A program made the position numbers and the translations under genes. Under the pieces are notes generated by a model that saw only the letters and a list, made by a program, of their open reading frames with translations, did not search any database and had not been told where the DNA came from. A DNA stretch of 64,000 nucleotides, from assembly GCA_965226745.1 (NCBI GenBank), contig CBDDDS010000002.1:193311-257310 (forward strand), written 5' to 3'. The stretch comes from Dehalococcoidia bacterium (lineage in GTDB: Bacteria > Chloroflexota > Dehalococcoidia > Lucifugimonadales > SAR202-VII-2). Below, piece after piece: positions 9,192 to 15,818 of the stretch (positions within the stretch are counted from its first letter, which is position 1; each line of letters opens with the position of its first letter).

Positions 9192-10130
9192 CTAATCCCT
9201 CAGGCCCCTACCCGTCAGCGACAGGAAGACGTCCTCCAGGTTGGACGGCTGAATCTCCAGGTGCTCCAACTCTCCGCCACATCGCCCCACCCAGGCCAGT
9301 AGAGCCGGAAGCGTCCGGGCGGCGTCCGAAGAACCCAGTGCGAAACCGGCATCGGCGTCCACGCGCACATTGACGACGGCGTCCAATGATTCCAGGGTCT
9401 CTCTGGGAGGCCCTCCTCTGACCACCGCCTTGATTTCGTAGGGAGTTGGCAGAGACTTCACGAGGTTCTGCGGCGCGTCCAGAGCCACGATCTTGCCGCG
9501 GTCCATAATGGCAACCCGGTGGCATAGCTGCTGGGCCTCTTCCATGTAGTGGGTGGTCAGCACCACCGTCCGGCCCTCGCCGTGGATTTCCAGAATGAGG
9601 TCCCAGAGGTTCCGACGGGCCTGGGGGTCAAGCCCCGTCGTCGGTTCGTCCAGAAAGATCAACTCCGGGTCGTTGAGCAACGTGGCGGAAATAGAGAAGC
9701 GCTGCTTCTGGCCGCCGGAGAGCTTCCCTACCGTTGCGCCGGCCTTGTCGGCCAGGTCCATACGCTGCAACAGGGCGTCGGCGGAGACGCGGCGGGGATA
9801 GAAGCGCTGGAAGAGCAGGAGCGTCTCTCGAAGCGACAGATAGTCGAAGTAGGAGGAGGTCTGAAGCTGAATGCCGATGCGCTTCTTGACCTCCCTGGCC
9901 TGCCGGGGAACCTCCAGGCCCAGGACGCGGATGGCGCCGGCCGACGGCTTCAGCAGGCCCTCGATGCACTCCAGCGTGGTCGTCTTGCCGGCGCCATTGG
10001 GCCCCAGAATGCCGAATATCTCGCCCCGATGCACCTCGAAGGAAACGCCGTCGACCGCGGTAACGCCCCCGAACCGCTTGACCAGGCTTTCCACAAGGAT
10101 GACGGGGTCACGTTCCGGCGCCACGCGCAC
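9192..10130 (-). CDS. ABC transporter ATP-binding protein
   Basis: Walker A GPNGAGKTT, signature LSGGQKQR and Walker B LIFLDEPTTGLD are all present. Confidence 0.9.
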   Translation of the reverse strand: MRVAPERDPVILVESLVKRFGGVTAVDGVSFEVHRGEIFGILGPNGAGKTTTLECIEGLLKPSAGAIRVLGLEVPRQAREVKKRIGIQLQTSSYFDYLSLRETLLLFQRFYPRRVSADALLQRMDLADKAGATVGKLSGGQKQRFSISATLLNDPELIFLDEPTTGLDPQARRNLWDLILEIHGEGRTVVLTTHYMEEAQQLCHRVAIMDRGKIVALDAPQNLVKSLPTPYEIKAVVRGGPPRETLESLDAVVNVRVDADAGFALGSSDAARTLPALLAWVGRCGGELEHLEIQPSNLEDVFLSLTGRGLRD

Positions 10131-10163
10131 TCTCCCTGCGCATCGTTGCGAACCAGCGCCTCA

Positions 10164-11117
10164 TCACTCTATCGGGTCGGCGACGTAGCGTTCGGTTATG
10201 CGGTCCAACTCGGCGACTTCGTCTTGGGTCAGCGCCCAGCCCACCGCGGCGGCGTTGGCCCTCACCTGCTCCGGCTTGGTGGCCCCGGCGATGACCGTGC
10301 ATACCTGGGGCCGGGCCAGAAGCCAGGCGAACGCCAGGTCCAGAACGGAGCGGCCGTGGTCTCCGGCAAACTTCTCGAGCTTGCCCAGCACCTCGTAGTT
10401 CGCGTCGTTGAGGATGCCTTGGAAACGGACGTCGCTCAGCCGCGTGCCCGACGCCGGCTCCTCCCCGGCGCGGTACTTCCCCGTGAGCAAGCCCTTGGCC
10501 AACGGGTAGTAGGGAATGATGCCGACGTTATAGGCCTGGCAGAACGACATCAGGCCCCGCTCGGGCGCACGGTGGTACAGGCTGTAGTGCGGCTGAACGC
10601 TGATGTAGGAGTTCAGGCCGAGCGACCGCGATGTCCAGGCTGCCTCGCAGGCCTGCCATGCAAGGTAGTTCGAGCAGCCGATGTACCGTATCTTGCCCTG
10701 CCGGACCATGTCGTCGAGGGCGCGGAGCGTCTCCTCGATGGGCGTGTATGGGTCGGGGAAGTGGAGCTGGTAGAGGTCAATGTGATCGGCGCCCAGCTTT
10801 CGCAGGCTGGTCTCCACCGATTGGACCAGGTGAAGCCTGGAGGCTCCGCCTTCATGGGGTCCCTGGCCGTAGCGCATTCCTGACTTGGTCATGAGCACGA
10901 GCCGATGACGCTCGCCCTTGATGGCCTTGCCGATGATCTCTTCCGACAAACCGCCGCCGTAGACATCGGCGGTGTCGATGGCGGTGATGCCCTCCTCTAT
11001 GGCGGTCTTCACGACGCGAATGCCGCCGGCCTCGTCAGTGCGGCCTCCAAAGTTATTGGCGCCGAGCCCTATGACCGAGACCTGTAGTCCGGAATTGCCC
11101 ACAAAGCGGAACTCCAA
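10164..11117 (-). CDS. aldo/keto reductase
   Basis: 317-aa ORF with GLGANNFGGRTDE...AIEEGITAIDTADVYGGGLSEEIIGKA. Confidence 0.9.
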   Translation of the reverse strand: MEFRFVGNSGLQVSVIGLGANNFGGRTDEAGGIRVVKTAIEEGITAIDTADVYGGGLSEEIIGKAIKGERHRLVLMTKSGMRYGQGPHEGGASRLHLVQSVETSLRKLGADHIDLYQLHFPDPYTPIEETLRALDDMVRQGKIRYIGCSNYLAWQACEAAWTSRSLGLNSYISVQPHYSLYHRAPERGLMSFCQAYNVGIIPYYPLAKGLLTGKYRAGEEPASGTRLSDVRFQGILNDANYEVLGKLEKFAGDHGRSVLDLAFAWLLARPQVCTVIAGATKPEQVRANAAAVGWALTQDEVAELDRITERYVADPIE

Positions 11118-11175
11118 CCCACACCTCCAACGCGCGCCTGGATGATAGTGAAGCCGGGAGAGAGCGCGACCGGCG

Positions 11176-11709
11176 TCAGGCGCCCAGGGCTATAGGTCCC
11201 GCGCCCTGCCGGTTGCCCCCCTTGGAGCGAGGTCGCCTGGTTGCCAGCCGCCTCATCTCGTCCTCCAGCAACCGGAAGTCCTGCTGGGGGAGCAGGTGCA
11301 ACTGGGCCTGGAAGAAAGCCAGCGGCCAGTCCTCGGGGACCCAACGCCGCACGTAGAGCAGCCTTGGCCCTATCTCTCGGGCGTCCAGCCAGTCCTCTTC
11401 TTCCAGGGAGACGTCCGCCTTGATATTGACGCGATACGGATATGGGTCCTTGTCGCCGTCGCTGGCCCAGATGGCGTCCTGCCCCTCAAAATACTCGGAC
11501 GCTATCGTCGCAGATGCGGGGAAGCTCTGGGTGTCCGGCAGGTAGAACGCCATGCGGTCGCCTGGCAGCATGCGTTGGGCCTTCTTCCTTTCCTTGGGGG
11601 TGACGCCCTGAATGGACAGGCCGCGTTCCTTGGTTATGCGGTAGTGCATCGAGGGAAGAACAACGAGCCAGTAGTTCCTGGGCTTCTTGCTCTCTTTCGC
11701 GTTGGCCAT
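11176..11709 (-). CDS. EVE (PUA-like) domain protein
   Basis: Distal 177 codons of ORF 11176..11955, starting at ATG 11709 (MANAKESKKPRNYWLVV...). The YWL..., GDRMAFY and YRV motifs fit the EVE/ASCH-like fold. Confidence 0.65.
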   Translation of the reverse strand: MANAKESKKPRNYWLVVLPSMHYRITKERGLSIQGVTPKERKKAQRMLPGDRMAFYLPDTQSFPASATIASEYFEGQDAIWASDGDKDPYPYRVNIKADVSLEEEDWLDAREIGPRLLYVRRWVPEDWPLAFFQAQLHLLPQQDFRLLEDEMRRLATRRPRSKGGNRQGAGPIALGA

Positions 11710-12080
11710 CTTTTCAGTTCCGTTGCGGGGGTTGGAGTCTGGGGGCGTTGCCGCCAGCCCTGTGGGGCCGCTCACCCAGGCCATTGTATCACGGGCGGCG
11801 GCAACGCCTTCACGGGCCGTTCCACTAACCCTGGCCCGGGGGGTTGCAGCGGACTGGAATCCACCGACACAGCGGGGCCATTGTTCCGACGCCCCGAGCA
11901 CCTCGGTGCGCCGCGCCCTGCGTGGGCAGCGCCGCCGGCGGCCTCCCAAGGGCAACAGCGACGGGAGCGAGAGCGGAAGTCCACAACACCTCGACGCGAT
12001 AACAGGTAAGACTTCTGGATGGTGAGCGAGGTCTTGTTACGCCAATCAGCCGGATTTCGGTGGGGGTAGGCACGGAGCCA

Positions 12081-12169
12081 GTACAAAGGCGTAATAGGGC
12101 GTAACGAGCCGTAATGAAGCTGTAAAGGATCTGTAATGGATCTGTAATGGAGCCGTAACGAACCGTAAT
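12081..12169. repeat. phased tandem array, 9 cores (GTAC, then GTAAT/C/A)
   Basis: Core starts are 12081, 12091, 12101, 12111, 12122, 12133, 12144, 12155 and 12165. The intervals are 10,10,10,11,11,11,11,10 bp. Confidence 0.85.
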
Positions 12170-12365
12170 GGAGCGGGATGGCTCCAAGGAGCCTGCCTCA
12201 CAACGGCAGTCGCTCCGGTCCCAGCCTTCCTCGGAGGGTTGTGGGCCTGGGGATGTTCCCCAAGCCCCTGCCACAGGGGGATTCTCTGTGGTTAGCCCCC
12301 AGTACATACGTTATGCGGCAGGCTCCAAGGAAGAGAAGCGGGCCGGGGGCCCACTTCCTGGCGAT

Positions 12366-12394
12366 ACCATAGCACAATAGTTCGGATTTTGCAA
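12366..12394 (-). promoter_or_regulatory. promoter-like motif at the distal end of copy A
   Basis: On the minus strand: TTGCAA, a 17-nt spacer, then tgtgcTATGGT (an extended -10 style TGn). The same arrangement is present in copy B. Confidence 0.35.
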
Positions 12395-12456
12395 TGGGGG
12401 GGGGCGCCTCCTAACCTGCCCTCAAGTACCGAGAGAGAGAGGGGCTTATGGTCGCG

Positions 12457-12555
12457 GGCACCGTTATCCCACCTAGCCCCCTCCAACGTTTGGGGTTACA
12501 GGGGGACACGCTGTTCCCCCGGCGGGGGCTGCGCCCCCTGCACCCTGCTTGGGGG
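12457..12555 (+). repeat. double-hairpin module H2
   Basis: GGGGGACAcgcTGTTCCCCC followed by GGGGGCtgcGCCCCC. It is homologous to 38850..38950 (inverted) and 15819..15925. Confidence 0.75.
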
Positions 12556-12587
12556 ACGGAGGAGGCGCGTCCGAACCCCCTTCCTAG

Positions 12588-12642
12588 CCTTCCTCCGAAT
12601 ACGGGGGCAAGGACAGACATCCTCTCCCCCGACTATAGGGTA
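12588..12642. repeat. two REP-like H3 hairpin copies
   Basis: CCTTCCTCCGaataCGGGGGCAAGG plus a second, degenerate copy CTCTCCCCCGACTATAGGG. Confidence 0.55.
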
Positions 12643-12688
12643 TGGTCCACCCACATGTGTCACGCATACCGCGGAGGCGTGCGGCGCC

Positions 12689-12717
12689 TTGAAAGCTGCG
12701 AGCCGGTCTCGTAGACT
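12689..12717 (+). promoter_or_regulatory. sigma70-like promoter candidate for the glutaredoxin-like gene
   Basis: TTGAAA, a 17-nt spacer, then TAGACT, located 43 nt upstream of ATG 12760. Confidence 0.35.
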
Positions 12718-12759
12718 CACCGTGTGGGGCAACGGCCCGGCCCGGGGAGGAGGACGCTT

Positions 12760-13005
12760 ATGAGTATGCCGATCACCGTATTCACCTCCAATGGCTGCGG
12801 GCCGTGTGAAATGGTCAAGGGCTACCTGGCGAAAGAGGGAGTTGCCTTCGAGGTGAGGAACGTCTCCGAGGACGCCGCCGCCAGGGATGAGCTGATAGAT
12901 CTGGGCCACCGGGCCACGCCGGTCACCGTGGTCGGCGACCGGCGGATCGTCGGCTACAAGCCCGATCAACTGGCCGAGGCGCTGGAGCTCGCGCGCTCGC
13001 TGTAG
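12760..13005 (+). CDS. glutaredoxin/NrdH-like redoxin
   Basis: MSMPITVFTSNGCGPCEMVKGYL carries a CGPC active site. A GGAGGAGG Shine-Dalgarno lies upstream. The track ORF starts earlier, at 12724. Confidence 0.8.
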   Translation: MSMPITVFTSNGCGPCEMVKGYLAKEGVAFEVRNVSEDAAARDELIDLGHRATPVTVVGDRRIVGYKPDQLAEALELARSL

Positions 13006-13033
13006 TTCCCCCATGGCCAGGGAGGGAATGTGA

Positions 13034-13060
13034 CCCTTTCCCCCGAATACTGGGGTAGGG
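13034..13060. repeat. REP-like H3 hairpin, degenerate copy
   Basis: CCCTTTCCCCCGAATACTGGGGTAGGG lies just downstream of the redoxin gene. Confidence 0.45.
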
Positions 13061-13136
13061 ATGGGAGCGTTGCCTCGAGCGCCACGGGAGGGGCTGGAGC
13101 GAGGTGGGAAGTACACCAACTGCCTCGGAGGGCCGG

Positions 13137-13907
13137 ATGCAGTGCGTCCAGTGTGGCCGCGACATTCTGACGGACGCAGTTTTCTGCCACTGGTGTGGCC
13201 ACCAGCTACAGGCTCGCTGCCAGCGCTGCGAATCGCCCAACCCCACGGGCAGCGCCTTCTGTCATAGCTGCGGTGCCGTCCTGTCCAGCCGCTTGGACAC
13301 TCCATCGCAGGAGCAAGCGCTTGAAAGCTCTCCTGCCCATCAGGCGCCCAGGGCCGCCCAATGCCCGCGGTGCGCCAGGATCAACGAGCCGGGCGCCGCG
13401 TACTGCTACCGCTGCGGCTTCTCCTTAGAGACTTCCCGTCCCGCGGGCGCCGACCCTCCCGGCATACCGGCCTACCGGGACGGGCGGCCCGCCGGGTTCT
13501 GGGTCCGCCTGGCGGCGTACCTCATAGACGGTATCGTCTTGAGCACTGGCTGGCTCGTCCTGGTCCGGACGCTAGGCGACGGCACATTCGAGGCGGACAG
13601 TGTGGGCGAGTATTTCGCAAACCTGGCGCTGGGCGCCGCCTACTTCACGCTCCTGGTTGCCGCTTGGGGCACGACAATCGGCAAGCGCGTCTTCAGCATG
13701 TACGTCGTCTGCTCCGACGGGTCGCGGGTGAGCCCACTCCGCTCCCTGGCGCGCACCCTTGCGCAGTACATATCGGCCGCCACCCTCTTCATCGGATTCA
13801 TCATGATCGGCGTTCGCAAAGACAAGCGGGGTCTCCACGACCTCATCTGCGACACCGTCGTCGTGATCAAGGACCGTCCACCCCGTTCGGGTCCCCCTAG
13901 CTCTTGA
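13137..13907 (+). CDS. RDD-family membrane protein with three N-terminal zinc-ribbon motifs
   Basis: There are three CxxC-N-CxxC units (CVQCG..CHWCG, CQRCE..CHSCG, CPRCA..CYRCG). An RDD-like TM region follows (WVRLAAYLIDGIV...KRGLHDLICDT). Confidence 0.8.
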   Translation: MQCVQCGRDILTDAVFCHWCGHQLQARCQRCESPNPTGSAFCHSCGAVLSSRLDTPSQEQALESSPAHQAPRAAQCPRCARINEPGAAYCYRCGFSLETSRPAGADPPGIPAYRDGRPAGFWVRLAAYLIDGIVLSTGWLVLVRTLGDGTFEADSVGEYFANLALGAAYFTLLVAAWGTTIGKRVFSMYVVCSDGSRVSPLRSLARTLAQYISAATLFIGFIMIGVRKDKRGLHDLICDTVVVIKDRPPRSGPPSS

Positions 13908-14773
13908 GCGCCCTCGGCGTGCTTCTGGCGGCGATTGCGCCCAGTGTCTTCTGGCTCTGGTTCTTCGCCCGCATGGATGTCTACCGTCCCGGCCCGCGCC
14001 GCCTGTTGGTAGCGACGTTCCTGCTGGGCGGCCTGTCAACTATCTTTGCGGGTCTCCTGGAGGGCGTCTTCGTGTATGGGGGGGACTTGGACATCGAGGG
14101 GGCCAGCCTGGCCTCCACAGCGGTGGCAATGCTGCTGGTGGTGGGGCCGGTGGAAGAGATCTGCAAGTTCGCAGCCGTGCGGTTCTACGCCTTCCGTTCG
14201 CTCTATTTCGACGAGCCTCTGGACGGGATGATCTATGGCGCGGCGGCGAGCCTGGGTTTCGTCACGGTGGAGAACATCGGGTACGTCGCGGCCTTTGGGC
14301 CGGAAGTCATGATCGTAAGGGCACCCCTCAGCACCCTGGCGCACGTCATCTTCGGGGGTCTTTGGGGCTATTCGTTGGGTCTGCATCACCGGTCAGGAAA
14401 CAAGCGGAGAGGGTTGGTCGTAGCCGGTGTTGGACTGGCCGCAGTGGCGCACGGCCTGTTCAACGTAGTGGTATTCGTCATGCCGTGGGCGTCGGTGGGA
14501 TTCGTCGGCCTGGGGGGCATCTGGCTGTTCACGCGGTTCAAGTGGGGACAGCGCATCTCCCCCTACCAGATGAGGCGAAACTATCCCCAGGCGCCATGCG
14601 GCGCTTGCGGGGCCATGATGAGGGCCGCAAACAGCCATTGCGACCAGTGCGGCGCTCGCCTCCCCTCGATCCCGGAAGCCCTCTACTGCAGCTACTGCGG
14701 TGCCCGCAACCGCCCGGACGCCTCCTTCTGTACGGGCTGCGGCGACCGGCTTCTTCGGGCCAACCAACGCTGA
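13904..14773 (+). CDS. PrsW-family intramembrane protease with two C-terminal zinc ribbons
   Basis: Carries EEICKFAAV and HVIFGGLWGY motifs of the PrsW family. The C-terminus has CGACG..CDQCG and CSYCG..CTGCG. The TTG start overlaps the upstream stop by 4 nt. Confidence 0.8.
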   Translation: MSALGVLLAAIAPSVFWLWFFARMDVYRPGPRRLLVATFLLGGLSTIFAGLLEGVFVYGGDLDIEGASLASTAVAMLLVVGPVEEICKFAAVRFYAFRSLYFDEPLDGMIYGAAASLGFVTVENIGYVAAFGPEVMIVRAPLSTLAHVIFGGLWGYSLGLHHRSGNKRRGLVVAGVGLAAVAHGLFNVVVFVMPWASVGFVGLGGIWLFTRFKWGQRISPYQMRRNYPQAPCGACGAMMRAANSHCDQCGARLPSIPEALYCSYCGARNRPDASFCTGCGDRLLRANQR

Positions 14774-14858
14774 TGCTTCCGGCGGAGGGAATCCTTGGGA
14801 GCAGTTCCCGACGCCGGGATGAGGGCGGAACGCTTGGCCCTCCGACGCCGGCCGGGGA

Positions 14859-15008
14859 CTGTTCACACTGGCGGGCTGGATTACCAGGCTAGCCGGAAGA
14901 ACGGCGGCTTTGTCAGGCCACATAAGGCTGATGAAAAGGGGGTGGCCCAACAGACGGGCGGGAACCTTGGGTTCTCTGAACCCTCCCTAGACGGAGGGCT
15001 TTGTTTGG
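14859..15008 (+). repeat. end module E5 plus linker module M6
   Basis: CTGTTCACACTGGCGGGCTGGATTACC...GATGAAAAGGGGGTGGC, then AGACGGGCGGGAACCTTGGG...CCTCCctagacGGAGGG. It is homologous to the reverse complement of 35750..35938. Confidence 0.75.
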
Positions 15009-15323
15009 GGGTATACACAAAGTGTTTCCCGGCGGTATCATCTGTGCGCGCTACGCGGAAACCGCTCTGTCTAGGGCAGGATGATGCGAGCCAAGGAACG
15101 GAGGAGCGGGATGGCCAAGAGACGAGGAGCAGAAGACCGACCGCGTCCAGCCATCCAAGCCGATACAGCCAATCTCCGGCGCCTTCGAGAGCGTGCTTCA
15201 GCCTCTAGTCCGGCCACGCCCTGCAAAGCAGCCCAAGCGCAGCCCCTAGGGTAGCGCCGACGATTGGCCTAACCCCCATCCGACGCCCAAACGGGCAAGA
15301 ATACCTCCTCAAGTGAGGTTGAC

Positions 15324-15770
15324 ATGAAGCGAAACGTGAAACTTTGGGCCGGCGGTCTGCTCGTTTTGCTCCTGGTCGCGGCGTGCGGCGGGGGACAAAG
15401 TGTCTTCTCTCTGGAGGTCGGAGACTGCTTTGACGACCCGGCCAGCCAGACCTCCGAGTTGTCGGAGGTCGACGAAGCCTCATGCTCGGAGCGCCACGAC
15501 AACGAGGTCTACGCGGTCGCCGACCACCCTGCGAGCGACAGCGCGCCGTATCCCGGCGATGACGTGTTTGAGGCCTACAGCTTTGGCTACTGCCTCAGTG
15601 AATTCGAGACCTACGTCGGACTCTCCTACGAGCTGTCCCGTCTCGACGTTGGTTACCTCTACCCTTTGCGGGACGGATGGCAGCAAGACGACGACCGTGA
15701 GGTCTCCTGTTACCTTTACGACCTGAATTTGGCCAAACTTACGGGGTCAATGAAGGGCAGTGGTGAGTAG
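15324..15770 (+). CDS. secreted lipoprotein (septum-formation-like Cys-rich domain)
   Basis: The signal peptide has a lipobox LLVAAC. The VGDCF...ASCSERHDNEVY...GYCLSEF pattern follows. A GAGG lies upstream of the ATG. Confidence 0.7.
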   Translation: MKRNVKLWAGGLLVLLLVAACGGGQSVFSLEVGDCFDDPASQTSELSEVDEASCSERHDNEVYAVADHPASDSAPYPGDDVFEAYSFGYCLSEFETYVGLSYELSRLDVGYLYPLRDGWQQDDDREVSCYLYDLNLAKLTGSMKGSGE

Positions 15771-15818
15771 CCCTCGCCGCGTGATCCAGCCTCGTGGGCA
15801 AAATCCCGCATAGGCCCC

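Larger units (their letters stand above)
11945..12404 (+). repeat. GTWAC-array element, copy A (non-coding, ~460 nt)
   Basis: Aligns along its length with the reverse complement of 39013..39485. I counted 75 of the first 90 positions as identical. It has no credible ORF. Confidence 0.85.

Noticed and set aside
12036-12040. GTTAC cores considered as IS200/IS605-type TTAC target or cleavage sites, implying a TnpA/TnpB-related element or omega-RNA.
   Set aside because: No tnpA, tnpB or iscB gene is in the window, and there are no subterminal hairpins of the IS200/IS605 type next to the cores. A tetranucleotide match is too weak on its own.
12081-12169. The tandem arrays (here and at 39251..39349) considered as CRISPR arrays.
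   Set aside because: The units are only 10-11 bp with 5-6 bp spacers, far below CRISPR repeat and spacer sizes. No cas genes are present.
14859-14866. The recurrent CTGTTCAC end motif considered as a LexA (GAAC-n4-GTTC) or Rex (GTGAA-n-TTCAC) operator half-site.
   Set aside because: No partner half-site lies at the required spacing in any copy. The motif always sits at the boundary of a longer repeat module.
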